64,000 nt of DNA from Acidobacteriota bacterium (GCA_032156805.1 JALDXQ010000009.1:3540-67539); one strand, 5' to 3'; numbered from the stretch's first letter, positions 40,835-49,978 are shown. Notes: generated by a model from the sequence alone, not told the origin. A program made the numbers and translations.

Positions 40835-42232
40835 ATGAGCCAGCGAGCCCTGCCGTCCATTCTTGTCGTTGAAGATGATCTTGATCTCCGTCAAACCATC
40901 GTCGCCAGCCTTGAATCCAATGGATTTGCGGCGGCGCAGGCAGCGGATGCGGCGGATGCCATCGAGCGTTTGCGCTCGTTTGCCTACGATGGACTCGTCG
41001 TCGACCTGCGGTTGCCGGACGCCGACGGCATGACAGTACTTGACGAGGCTCTCGATCGCTATCCGGAAATCCGGGCGGTCGTGATGACAGGATTCGGCGG
41101 CGTGGCGGAAGCGGTCGCAGCGATCAAGCGGGGCGCCGTCGATTTTCTCATCAAGCCGTTCCAGCTCTCCCAGCTCTCCCGCGTGCTGCACGCCGGACTC
41201 GAGCAGCAGCGGCTGCGTGAGGAGAACGCGGAGCTCAAGGCGCAGCTCAAAGGCAAGTTCAGGTTCGAGAACATCATCGGCCGCCACAGCACGATGCAGG
41301 CGCTCTTCACGACGCTCGAGCTCGTGTCGCCGATGAACAGCACGGTGCTCATTCACGGGGAGACCGGCACCGGCAAGGAACTGATCGCCCGCACGATTCA
41401 TCACAACAGCCCGCGCGCCAACGAGCGATTCGTAGCGTTCAATGCCGCGGCCATTCCCGAGACGCTCGCCGAAGCCGAACTCTTCGGGCACGTGAAGGGC
41501 GCGTTCACCGGGGCCGTGAATTCACGCGCCGGCCGCTTTGAACTGGCTCATCGCGGCACGCTGTTCATCGATGAAGTCGCGTCGATGTCGCTGCCACTGC
41601 AGGCAAAGCTGTTGCGCGCGCTGCAGGAACGCGAGATCGAACGCGTTGGCGAATCGCGGCCGATGCGCCTCGATATCCGCGTGATCGCGGCCGCCAACAC
41701 GGACCTGCGCAAGCTCGTCAAGGAGGGGACGTTCCGCGAGGATCTCTTCTACCGCCTGAACGTCATCCCGGTGACGCTGCCCGCGCTCCGGCAGCGGCGC
41801 GAAGACATCCCGCTGCTGGCGCAGCACTTCGTTCGCAAGTCGTGCACGGATAACAACGTCCCCGTCAAAACCGTGACGCAGGAGGCGCTGCGTGCGCTGA
41901 TGGCCTACGACTGGCCAGGCAACATCCGCCAGTTCGAGAACGCCATCGAGCATGCGGTGGCCATGGCGGCCACCAAGTCCGAGATCGGCCCCGAGACGTT
42001 GCCTGACGATGTCCGCGAGCGCGCGGGATCGATGCTGGTGCCGACCGTCGCGATCCCGGATGAAGGTTTGAACTTCACGTCGCTGGTGTCACAGCTCGAA
42101 CGTGAATTGATTCTGCGTTGCCTCGAGAAGACCGGTGGCAACAAGCGTCAGGCTGCGCGGCTCCTCAACCTGAGCCGGACCACGTTCATCGACAAACTGC
42201 ACCGCCTGAATCTCGAGCGCGGCGCAGCGTAA
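40835..42232 (+). CDS. Sigma-54-dependent response regulator (NtrC family; FlrC/FleR/FlbD-like)
   Basis: REC domain (ILVVEDDLDL, VVDLRLPDADG), AAA+ domain (GETGTGKELIA, GAFTGA, ESRPMRLDIRVIAA), and a C-terminal Fis-type HTH (NKRQAARLLNLSRTTFIDKL). Confidence 0.9.
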   Translation: MSQRALPSILVVEDDLDLRQTIVASLESNGFAAAQAADAADAIERLRSFAYDGLVVDLRLPDADGMTVLDEALDRYPEIRAVVMTGFGGVAEAVAAIKRGAVDFLIKPFQLSQLSRVLHAGLEQQRLREENAELKAQLKGKFRFENIIGRHSTMQALFTTLELVSPMNSTVLIHGETGTGKELIARTIHHNSPRANERFVAFNAAAIPETLAEAELFGHVKGAFTGAVNSRAGRFELAHRGTLFIDEVASMSLPLQAKLLRALQEREIERVGESRPMRLDIRVIAAANTDLRKLVKEGTFREDLFYRLNVIPVTLPALRQRREDIPLLAQHFVRKSCTDNNVPVKTVTQEALRALMAYDWPGNIRQFENAIEHAVAMAATKSEIGPETLPDDVRERAGSMLVPTVAIPDEGLNFTSLVSQLERELILRCLEKTGGNKRQAARLLNLSRTTFIDKLHRLNLERGAA

Positions 42233-42307
42233 CGGCTTCAGGCTTCGGACTCTAGGCTCTGGCCAAAAGCCAAGAGCCTAAAGCCCAGAGCCGAATACCC
42301 ACTCCCC

Positions 42308-43027
42308 CTACGCCGCGGGAACCCGCATCACAAACGTCGCGCCCGGGCTGCGATCCTCGAGCGTGAGCGTTCCCCCACACTGCTCGGCCACGAGCCGTGC
42401 GACCGAGAGGCCCAGGCCACTTGCCTCTTCACGCGACCTCGTCGTGAAGAACGTGGTGAACATGTCGTCGGCCGCCGTCCGATCGACTCCAGGGCCGTTG
42501 TCGGACACCCGTAAGACTACGTACCCGGGAGCTTCTTCGAGTGCGACGTGAATCGCGCCACCCTGCTGACCTGCCAGTGCCTGTTCGGCGTTGACGATCA
42601 GATTGAGCAGGGCCAGCTGCAGGAGTCCTGCATTGCCCATGACCAGAAACCGCCCTGTCGGCGGAGCGTCAACGGCAATCGACAGGTGCGCGCGTCCGAT
42701 GGCAAACGAACGGAGAGCCACGGATCGATTCGCAATTTCGCGCAGATTCGTGCGTCCCGGCACCTCCATCTTCTGTCGCGCAAACACCATGACCTCCTGG
42801 ATGGCGGCCGCCGCACGCGTGTTCTGCTGGGCAATTCGCTGCAATCCATCGAGAACCGATGGCGGCAATCCAGACGTTGCCTGAAGGAGTTCGGTCGTCC
42901 CCCCGATGACCTGCAAGGCGTTGTTCACCTCGTGCGCGACGCCGGACAGCAGGCGCGCAACGGTGGCGCCGCGATTGAGCGTCAGCAGGTCGGTCGGCCC
43001 CGGCGTGCTGCCCGTTTGATTCGACAT
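42308..43027 (-). CDS. Soluble histidine kinase without a recognisable sensor domain
   Basis: H-box LLSGVAHEVNNAL about 25 aa from the N-terminus, N-box LLNLIVNAEQA, G-boxes SDNGPGV and GLGLSV. 239 aa, no TM helix. Confidence 0.85.
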   Translation of the reverse strand: MSNQTGSTPGPTDLLTLNRGATVARLLSGVAHEVNNALQVIGGTTELLQATSGLPPSVLDGLQRIAQQNTRAAAAIQEVMVFARQKMEVPGRTNLREIANRSVALRSFAIGRAHLSIAVDAPPTGRFLVMGNAGLLQLALLNLIVNAEQALAGQQGGAIHVALEEAPGYVVLRVSDNGPGVDRTAADDMFTTFFTTRSREEASGLGLSVARLVAEQCGGTLTLEDRSPGATFVMRVPAA

Positions 43028-43032
43028 TCCCC

Positions 43033-43060
43033 TAAACCTTTCCTCCCACCTCGCCGATTA
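43033..43060 (+). promoter_or_regulatory. Sigma-28-type promoter of cheY-cheX-HDOD
   Basis: TAAACCTT-N12-GCCGATTA, about 105 nt upstream of the cheY ATG. Confidence 0.55.
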
Positions 43061-43165
43061 CACCTCTGACCATCCAGGGATCTTACTGACACCCGCATGA
43101 GAGCCCCTGGCTGGTCGGGGAGTGTCTCTGTGGCGCGCTCCGGCGCGCCGGCTCAGGATATCAAC

Positions 43166-43531
43166 ATGCGCTTTCTGATCGTCGACGATTCGAGCACGAT
43201 GCGCCGCATCATCATCAACACGCTGAACAAGCTCGGACACCAGGATGTGGCCGAAGCTGGCAACGGCAAAGAGGGGCTCGATCGCCTCAGTGCCGGCCCC
43301 GTGGACGTGATTATCACGGACTGGAACATGCCGGAGATGAGCGGCATCGATTTCATCCGCACCGTGCGCTCGATGCCCGAGATCAAGGACACGCCGGTGC
43401 TGATGGTCACCACCAACGCGGCCAAGGACGACATCGTGGAGGCGCTCAAGGCGGGCGTCAACAGCTACGTCGTGAAGCCATTCACTCCTGACACGATGAA
43501 GGAGAAGATCGAGGCCGTCCTCTCCCGGTAA
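43166..43531 (+). CDS. cheY: CheY-like single-domain response regulator
   Basis: Trimmed to the ATG at 43166. MRFLIVDDSSTMRRII, ITDWNMPEMSG, and SYVVKPFT are classic CheY signatures. 121 aa. Confidence 0.9.
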   Translation: MRFLIVDDSSTMRRIIINTLNKLGHQDVAEAGNGKEGLDRLSAGPVDVIITDWNMPEMSGIDFIRTVRSMPEIKDTPVLMVTTNAAKDDIVEALKAGVNSYVVKPFTPDTMKEKIEAVLSR

Positions 43532-43538
43532 GACTCCG

Positions 43539-44030
43539 ATGCCTACAGCCGCCATCGACAGTTTGTTCATCGACGAGCTCACCGCGGCGACCCGCGATGT
43601 GTTCAAGACGATGGTCTTCCAGGAACTGGAAGCTGCGACACCGACGTCGGGCGAGGCGTTGAAGCCCGGTGCCAACGTCGTCGGCACGGTCGCCTTCGCC
43701 GGCAAGACCGCGGGTCTGGTCGTGTTCTACAGCACGCTGGACGCAGCCCGGGCGATTACCGCTTCGATGCTCGGCATCGAGCCAGCAAGCGTCAACGGTG
43801 AACTACCTGATGCCATCGGCGAGTTGACGAACATGATCGCCGGTTCGTTCCGCACCCGTATGGCGCACGCCAAGGGCGAGACGTGGGCGATCTCGGTCCC
43901 GACGGTGACCGTCGGATCTGACTTCTACACCAAGTACGTGAGCGACGTGCAGCGGGTGTTGTGCCCGTTTCGCATGAACAAGGCGGAGCTGTACGTCGAG
44001 CTCATTGTCACGAGGAGCGCAGACCAATGA
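43539..44030 (+). CDS. cheX: CheX-type CheY-P phosphatase
   Basis: Residues 91-121 (DAIGELTN followed 23 positions later by P) match the CheC/CheX/FliY active-site consensus D/S-x3-E-x2-N-x22-P exactly. A single site in 163 aa fits CheX. Confidence 0.8.
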   Translation: MPTAAIDSLFIDELTAATRDVFKTMVFQELEAATPTSGEALKPGANVVGTVAFAGKTAGLVVFYSTLDAARAITASMLGIEPASVNGELPDAIGELTNMIAGSFRTRMAHAKGETWAISVPTVTVGSDFYTKYVSDVQRVLCPFRMNKAELYVELIVTRSADQ

Positions 44031-44872
44031 GCGGCTATGCCACCTGGGCCGACTGGGTCGAATCTGGCGAATGGGCGGATGCCGGTGATTCGGCGATGCC
44101 GATGCTGCCTGCGCTGGCGGCCGACGTCATGTCGCTTGCGCTCGATCCCGACGTGAGCATCACCCGGCTGGCGCGAGTGATCACGAAGGATCAGGTGCTG
44201 GCCACCCGCGTGTTGCGCCTGGCCAACTCGGCGTACTGCGCGCCGATGCAGGAGGTCACCACGGTCAACGACGCGATTGTGCGCATGGGCACCGGTCCGG
44301 TGCGCAACGTCGTGCTGGCAGTGTGCTTCACGTCGCGACTGCAGGGCGCCAACGTCTACGGGCCGCAGGGCCGCGAGCTGGTCGATCACGCCATCGGCAC
44401 CGCCTACCTGTCGCGACTGGTGGCCGAACGCGCCGGAGTGGATGCCGACGAGGCGTTCATGTGCGGCCTGCTGCACGACATGGGCAAGCTGCTCATCCTC
44501 AAGCTGGCCCGCGACTTCATCAAGTTCGGTGTGCCGACGCCATCGGCGCAGGAAATCGACACGGTGTGCCGTGATCGGCATCCGCAGATCGGCGCCCGCC
44601 TGCTGCGACAGTGGCAGCTTCCCTCGGCGCTCGAAGGCCCGGTGCAGTACCACCACGATCCCGCGGCGAGCACGACACACGGCCGTGAATCGTCGGTGAC
44701 CTATATGGCGAATCGCCTCGCTCATCGCTACGGCTTCGGCTGCCAGGCCGATGAGACGAATCTGCTCGAGGATCCCATCTGCACGAGTCTGGGGCTGAAC
44801 GATGCGTGGCAGGCCGACCTCGATCGCCGCGCCCCCGGACTCTTCCAGGTCGCACGACAGATCGTCGCGTAG
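44027..44872 (+). CDS. HDOD-domain protein
   Basis: Trimmed to the ATG at 44027 (ATGA overlap with the cheX stop). LARVITKDQVLATRVLRLANSAYC and GLLHDMGKLLIL. Confidence 0.8.
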   Translation: MSGYATWADWVESGEWADAGDSAMPMLPALAADVMSLALDPDVSITRLARVITKDQVLATRVLRLANSAYCAPMQEVTTVNDAIVRMGTGPVRNVVLAVCFTSRLQGANVYGPQGRELVDHAIGTAYLSRLVAERAGVDADEAFMCGLLHDMGKLLILKLARDFIKFGVPTPSAQEIDTVCRDRHPQIGARLLRQWQLPSALEGPVQYHHDPAASTTHGRESSVTYMANRLAHRYGFGCQADETNLLEDPICTSLGLNDAWQADLDRRAPGLFQVARQIVA

Positions 44873-44888
44873 CAGAAGCCGCGCGTCA

Positions 44889-44940
44889 TGCAGAATGCAG
44901 AAGCCTTCCTGCATTCTGCATTCTGCATTCTGCATTCCGA
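44889..44940. terminator. Hairpin made of TGCATTC heptamer repeats after the HDOD gene
   Basis: TGCAGAATGCAG-AAGCCTTC-CTGCATTCTGCA, followed by further TTCTGCA units. Confidence 0.6.
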
Positions 44941-44976
44941 ATCACCGGCAATCAGGGGTCGGGTACACTTGATCGC

Positions 44977-45381
44977 ATGCAATTGCGGTCTGCGCGCCTC
45001 TGTCTCGATTGCGATGAAGTCCATGACGCCCAGCAGTGTCCGCAGTGCGCGTCTGAAACTTTCGCGTTCATCACCCGCTGGGTGTCCGTTCCTGATCGAC
45101 CCGATCGACCCGATCGACCCGATCGACCCGATCGACCCGATCGATCCGACCGACCAGCCAAGCGCCTACCGGCTCAGGAAGTCGCGAGTCCCGAAGCGCT
45201 CGGCGCATATCGCGAGATGTTGCTGCCCCAGGAGAAACAAGGCGGAAAATGGCGGACCATCCGGCGCGGGGCCGTGGGGCTGGCCATCTTCGGCATCGCC
45301 GGTTGGCTCTGGCGTCAGAACAACCAGACGGCCGGTAAGGCGGCGGAAGAAGACGAGCCGACCAACCAACAGCGGACGTAA
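44977..45381 (+). CDS. Small Zn-ribbon / (PDR)n repeat / C-terminal TM protein, unknown function
   Basis: Trimmed to the ATG at 44977. The N-terminus reads CLDC..CPQC, the middle reads PDRPDRPDRPDRPDRSDRP, and the C-terminal TM helix is AVGLAIFGIAGWLW. Confidence 0.5.
   Translation: MQLRSARLCLDCDEVHDAQQCPQCASETFAFITRWVSVPDRPDRPDRPDRPDRPDRSDRPAKRLPAQEVASPEALGAYREMLLPQEKQGGKWRTIRRGAVGLAIFGIAGWLWRQNNQTAGKAAEEDEPTNQQRT
45094..45147 (+). repeat. 9-nt tandem repeat (GATCGACCC) x5 plus one degenerate unit, in frame within the CDS
   Basis: Direct reading of 45094-45147. It encodes the PDR repeats. Confidence 0.9.
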
Positions 45382-45401
45382 AGACAAGGTATGGTGTCAC
45401 C

Positions 45402-46232
45402 GTGACCTCGCACGCCGACGTCACGTCCGTGCACCGATACGCCCAGTCCCGGACATCGATCTCCTGGCGCGTCAACGCTGAGCGCCTGGTGTTGCTCGGC
45501 TGGGGCCGCGCGATCCTGCTGCAGCTCGCGCACCCGCTGGTCGCTGCCGGTGTCTTCGATCACAGCGGGTTCCGGGGCACGCCGTACGCAGCGGCCTCGC
45601 GCCTCTTCCACACCATCCACGCGATGCTGGCGCTCACGTTCGGAGACGAGCCGGCACGGGAGCGGACGCTGGAAGCCATCCGCGTCATTCACCGGCGCGT
45701 CAACGGTGAGCTTCCTGAGCCGACCGGGCCCTACCCGTCTGGAACGCGCTACTCCGCAGAAGATCCGTCGCTCGTCTTGTGGGTGCACGCAACCCTGCTC
45801 GAATCGGTCATCCTCGTCTACGAACGGCTGATCGGACCGCTCAGCGCCGCCGAACGCGATGAATACTGCGCCGAAGCATTCCCGATCGCTGTGGCGCTGG
45901 CCGCACGTGAAGACGAGGTGCCACGCACCTGGAACGACCTGCGTGCCTACCTCGATCGCATGTACGCGTCGGGGGCCATCGCCGTTGGAACGCAGGGTCG
46001 CGAACTGGCGCAGGCAGTCCTCTCTCCATCAGGAGCGTGGCTGGTGGCGCCAGCCACCTGGATCAATCGCATGATGACCATCGGGATGCTGCCGCCGCAG
46101 GTGCGTGAGCAGTACGCCATGCCGTGGACACTGCGACAGGAGCGCAGGCTGGCGCGGCTGGTCTCGACACTGCGTCTGACACGGCGACTGCTCCCTGATG
46201 CCATCGCCCTCTGGCCCGCCGCACGGAAGTAA
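45402..46232 (+). CDS. DUF2236/MpaB-like oxygenase family protein
   Basis: ERLVLLGWGRAILLQLAHPLVAAGV is the pattern I associate with DUF2236. GTG start. Confidence 0.6.
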   Translation: MTSHADVTSVHRYAQSRTSISWRVNAERLVLLGWGRAILLQLAHPLVAAGVFDHSGFRGTPYAAASRLFHTIHAMLALTFGDEPARERTLEAIRVIHRRVNGELPEPTGPYPSGTRYSAEDPSLVLWVHATLLESVILVYERLIGPLSAAERDEYCAEAFPIAVALAAREDEVPRTWNDLRAYLDRMYASGAIAVGTQGRELAQAVLSPSGAWLVAPATWINRMMTIGMLPPQVREQYAMPWTLRQERRLARLVSTLRLTRRLLPDAIALWPAARK

Positions 46233-46286
46233 CAATGCCTGGCCGCATCGCATTGTCGCCAGCTCCGCAGAGGGTGGCGCCCTCTG

Positions 46287-47678
46287 CTACACCCGAACGT
46301 TGGCGCCCGGAGCCTGAGTGTCAGGAGCCGAATCCGGAAACTCTCCCTCCCAGCGTGCGATGACGACGGTCGCAAGGCAGTTGCCGAGCACGTTGACGGA
46401 CGTGCGAAGCATGTCGAGCACCGCGTCGATCCCGAGAATCACGAAGACCGGTTCGGCGGGCAGGCCGAATGACGTGACCGTCCCGAGCAGAATCACGAGC
46501 GCGCCACGCGGCACGCCCGCGACTCCCTTGCTCGAGAGCATCAGCGTAAGAAGCAGCACGAACTGCTGCCCCACCGTCAGCTCGATGCCCGCGGCCTGGG
46601 CGACGAAGATGGCCGTGAGCGACAGATACAACGTGCTGCCATCGAGGTTGAAGCTGTAGCCCGTCGGCATGACGAACGCGACGATCTGTCGCGGAACGCC
46701 GAGGCGTTCCATGGCCTCCATTGCCCGCGGCAGTGCGGCCTCGGAGCTCGTCGTGGCAAAGGCGATCGACACGGGTTCGGCGACGGCCTCCGCGAAACGG
46801 CGGATCGGTACTCGCGCAATGAGCGCGACAGGCAGGAGCACGACGACGACAAAGATCGCGACCGCCACATAGAATGTCGCGAGCAACTGAAAGAGATTCA
46901 CGAGAATGCCGAGGCCAAGCTGGCCGACGGTATAGGCAATCGCTGCTCCCACACCAATCGGCGCCATCAGCATCACGATCCCGGTGAACTTGAACATCGT
47001 CTCGGCGAGGCTCTCGGCGAAGGCGAGCATCGGACGACGTTTCTCGTCTGACAACAGCGCGAGCGCGACGCCAAAGAGCACGCTGAAGACGACGATCTGG
47101 AGCATCTCGGCTTCGGCGATGGCTCGCGCGATGTTCTCCGGGAACGTGTCGAGGACGATGTCCTGCCAGCTGCGCGATCCCGGCTGTTGAATCTGCGTCG
47201 TCTCGACGGACGCGGGCAACGTCACACCGGCACCCGCGCGACTGATCGTGATCGCGGCCCATCCGATGAGGAGCGCGAGCGTCGTGACGATCTCGAAGTA
47301 GATGAGCGCCTTCACACCCATGCGACCGACCTGGCGCAAGTTCGAGTGCCCGGCGATGCCGACAACGAGCGTCGCAAAGAGGAGCGGGGCGACGATGGTG
47401 CGGATCAGGCGCAGGAAGATCTGCGCCAGGACGCGGAGGCCCATCGCGACGTCGGGAAAGTCGTGCCCGATCTCGGCGCCGATGACCATCGAGACCAGGA
47501 TCCAGATGGTCAGCGAGCGCCGCTGCACCGCGAAGGCGCACAGCGCGGCGATGGCCACCCAGCGGGACGCGAATGCGATGATCGGGTTGACGGTGATTCC
47601 GATGAATTCGAGGACGGCGATGACGGCGGCCAGCGTGATCGTGATGAGGACCGCGCCCAGGAGCTTCGGCATCCGCAT
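46287..47678 (-). CDS. Dicarboxylate/amino acid:cation symporter (DAACS, GltP/DctA-like)
   Basis: Trimmed to the ATG at 47678. The longer ORF would run antisense through the tRNA. LIRTIVAPLLFATLVVGIAG and SSEAALPRAME. Confidence 0.85.
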   Translation of the reverse strand: MRMPKLLGAVLITITLAAVIAVLEFIGITVNPIIAFASRWVAIAALCAFAVQRRSLTIWILVSMVIGAEIGHDFPDVAMGLRVLAQIFLRLIRTIVAPLLFATLVVGIAGHSNLRQVGRMGVKALIYFEIVTTLALLIGWAAITISRAGAGVTLPASVETTQIQQPGSRSWQDIVLDTFPENIARAIAEAEMLQIVVFSVLFGVALALLSDEKRRPMLAFAESLAETMFKFTGIVMLMAPIGVGAAIAYTVGQLGLGILVNLFQLLATFYVAVAIFVVVVLLPVALIARVPIRRFAEAVAEPVSIAFATTSSEAALPRAMEAMERLGVPRQIVAFVMPTGYSFNLDGSTLYLSLTAIFVAQAAGIELTVGQQFVLLLTLMLSSKGVAGVPRGALVILLGTVTSFGLPAEPVFVILGIDAVLDMLRTSVNVLGNCLATVVIARWEGEFPDSAPDTQAPGANVRV

Positions 47679-47751
47679 GTTATACTTCGGAGTTCCTGCC
47701 TGTGACGTTCCGGAGTGTCCGGGTTTGGCCGGATCTTCGAGATCGCAGCCT

Positions 47752-47838
47752 GCGGAAGTGGCGGAATTGGCAGACGCGCTAGCCTCAGGAGCTAGTGGGC
47801 GCAAGCCCATGAAGGTTCGAGTCCTTTCTTCCGCACCA
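47752..47838 (+). tRNA. tRNA-Leu (anticodon CAG), type II with a long variable arm, CCA encoded
   Basis: Acceptor stem GCGGAAG/CTTCCGC, anticodon arm CTAGC-CTCAGGA-GCTAG, T-arm GAAGG-TTCGAGT-CCTTT. Close to E. coli tRNA-Leu as I recall it. Confidence 0.9.
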
Positions 47839-47842
47839 TCTC

Positions 47843-47868
47843 AAATCCCCAATATCGATTGGGGATTT
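47843..47868 (+). terminator. Perfect 11-bp hairpin immediately after the tRNA
   Basis: AAATCCCCAAT-ATCG-ATTGGGGATTT. Confidence 0.7.
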
Positions 47869-48051
47869 CGCGTCTCCACGGCTCGCTGATCGACGGCCGC
47901 GAAGCCTCGAAATCGAACAGCGCAGATTTCAGCGCAAAGTATCTGGCGTGTTCCGGAATGGATGTCCGCGCAATTGGGGTCTATAGTTCTCGGAGATGGA
48001 CTACGAGTCGTCACGACCAATGCCGAGGTGAACAGGGAGAACGGACTTCAA

Positions 48052-48408
48052 ATGCCCATCTTCGACTCGCCACAGACCGGCATCTGTGCCAACTGCGGTC
48101 AGCACTGGACAGTCCGTTTTCCTGCGTTCGACGTCTACTGCCCGCAGTGCCATGCCCTCGTAATGCGCATCGGCGCCTTCAATCGGATCAGCGGTGCGCT
48201 GCTGATTGGCGGTGCTCTCCTGGTGCTCGGCGGGCTGGTGGTGCTCGCACTGCGTGCAGTCGCAGGCACCGCAGGGTTGGTCGGCGGCGTTGTCATCGCG
48301 GTGACAGTGTCTGTCAGTGGTGCGGTCTGGACCTATCGCGCCGTTCGAATCCACCGGACCGTTGCGCGGTCCGTGCGGGACTATGCTCGTGGCTTGGTGA
48401 GACCCTGA
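48052..48408 (+). CDS. Small Zn-ribbon membrane protein, unknown function
   Basis: ATG at 48052 with AGGGAGA 12 nt upstream. CANC...CPQC, followed by two hydrophobic helices. It competes with an alternative-frame ORF 47859..48428 that is Arg-rich. Confidence 0.45.
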   Translation: MPIFDSPQTGICANCGQHWTVRFPAFDVYCPQCHALVMRIGAFNRISGALLIGGALLVLGGLVVLALRAVAGTAGLVGGVVIAVTVSVSGAVWTYRAVRIHRTVARSVRDYARGLVRP

Positions 48409-48474
48409 CATGCGGCCTGAATGGCTGACGCTGAGACGTGAGCGGACATTGATGCGCACACCGCTTCGAAACGC

Positions 48475-48804
48475 ATGAAAGAGCTGCCCATCGCCTGCAC
48501 GCTGACTCCGCACGAGATGGCTGCACGTGCATCGACGTTGCTGCCCGAACTGCTGTCGCGTGCCCGCGAATTCCAGGATCTGCCCGAAGGCGTGCGCGTG
48601 CGTTTCGATGCCGAGAGCGGCACGCTGCATCAGATCACGGCGGTCATCGATGCGGAACGCCAGTGCTGCCGGTTCCTGCAGTTTCAACTGATCGTCGAAC
48701 CGGACGGCGGACCACTCTGGCTGGAGGTCAGTGGACCTCCGGGCACGAGAGACTTCCTCGCGACCCTTGCGTCACCGCCTCCCTCGATCAGATCAGGTGC
48801 GTGA
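48475..48804 (+). CDS. Hypothetical small protein with a CC motif
   Basis: 109-aa ORF containing ERQCCRFLQF. I recall similar small proteins near metal/redox regulators but cannot name a family. Confidence 0.4.
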   Translation: MKELPIACTLTPHEMAARASTLLPELLSRAREFQDLPEGVRVRFDAESGTLHQITAVIDAERQCCRFLQFQLIVEPDGGPLWLEVSGPPGTRDFLATLASPPPSIRSGA

Positions 48805-49978
48805 TGTTCGGCTCGACGCCGAGCAGCGCTTTGCCGTACACCTCGAGATTCACCTGCCACTCGGTGATCGCATGATGACTGGCGGTGTGCACGTCGCGCC
48901 ATAGCCGCTGCATGCGATTCGAGTCGGCCAGGCTCGACGTTCCATGTGCGGCAACGAGCACTTCGACCGCCTCGCGGCAGTACTTCGCCACGAGCGCGGT
49001 GTCGATCCGAACCCTGGCGCGGGCCGTGAGGTCCATGTGGCGACCCTGCTCGGCGGCGCGGTCCAGATCGTCAGCGGCCCGCTGGGCATGCAATATGGCC
49101 GTGTCGATCTTCATCGCCGCTTCGGCGATCTGCATCTGAAAGCCTGCCGAATCGGCCTGGCGCGTGAAGTTGGTATGCGTGATGCCGCGTGTTTTCGACT
49201 TCGCGATCGCGTGATCGAGCGCGGCGCGCGCCACGCCGATCTGGGAGCCGGCCAGGATCAACACCGTCACCGGCACGAGATCGACGCGGTAGACGACTTC
49301 ATCCTTGAACTCCGTCCGGTAGTTGCCGCCGAACGCCTGCGGATACGGCAGGAATCGATGCTCGGGCACGAACACGTCCTTCGCGATGATCGTGTTGCTC
49401 CCGGTTCCCTTCATGCCGGCCATGAACCACGTGTCTTCGATCGTCAGCTGGCTCGTGGGCATGAGCGACAGACCGAAGTTCACCATCTCGCCGCGTTCGT
49501 TCTTCATGTGGATGCCGCACGCGCCCCACTGCGCGTGCAGCGATCCAGAGGCCCACGGCCAGCGCCCGCTGACGCGCCATCCACCATCGACGACAATCGC
49601 CTCGCCATTCGGCGCCAGCGATCCCGCCGCCCACGCGTCAGGGTTGGACTCCCAGATGTCCTTCTGCGCCTGCTCGGGGAAAAGCGACGCCAGCCACGCG
49701 CAGACATTGATGAGGCTGGCCACCCACGCCGTCGATCCGCAGCCGCAGCCCAGCTCACTCATCACGTCGATGTAGGTGCGAATGGACGTCTGGTAGCCGC
49801 CGAAGCGCCTGGGCACCATCAGCGCGCACAGGCCGGTCTCGCGCAGTGCCTGGACGACCTCGGCAGGCAACCGCCGTTCAGCGTCCGTACGGTCCGCGTT
49901 GCGTTCGAGGAGGGGGCGAAGCGAAGCCGCGCGGGCGATCAGCGCGGCGGTGTCTGGCGCATCGGACGACGTGGTCAC
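48788..49978 (-). CDS. Acyl-CoA dehydrogenase-fold flavoenzyme (ACAD/two-component monooxygenase-like)
   Basis: AERRLPAEVVQALRETGLCALMVPRRFGGYQTS, and the overall ~400-aa ACAD layout. Confidence 0.7.
   Translation of the reverse strand: MTTSSDAPDTAALIARAASLRPLLERNADRTDAERRLPAEVVQALRETGLCALMVPRRFGGYQTSIRTYIDVMSELGCGCGSTAWVASLINVCAWLASLFPEQAQKDIWESNPDAWAAGSLAPNGEAIVVDGGWRVSGRWPWASGSLHAQWGACGIHMKNERGEMVNFGLSLMPTSQLTIEDTWFMAGMKGTGSNTIIAKDVFVPEHRFLPYPQAFGGNYRTEFKDEVVYRVDLVPVTVLILAGSQIGVARAALDHAIAKSKTRGITHTNFTRQADSAGFQMQIAEAAMKIDTAILHAQRAADDLDRAAEQGRHMDLTARARVRIDTALVAKYCREAVEVLVAAHGTSSLADSNRMQRLWRDVHTASHHAITEWQVNLEVYGKALLGVEPNITHLI

Noticed and set aside
45094-45147. Tandem repeats at 45094-45147 and 60911-60964 as possible CRISPR arrays.
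   Set aside because: The units are only 8-9 nt with no spacers, no cas genes are present, and one array is in frame inside a CDS.
47859-48428. A 189-aa ORF in an alternative frame downstream of tRNA-Leu.
   Set aside because: It is an Arg/Cys/Ser-rich sequence without structure. The overlapping frame (48052..48408) has an RBS, a Zn-ribbon and TM helices. Neither call is strong.
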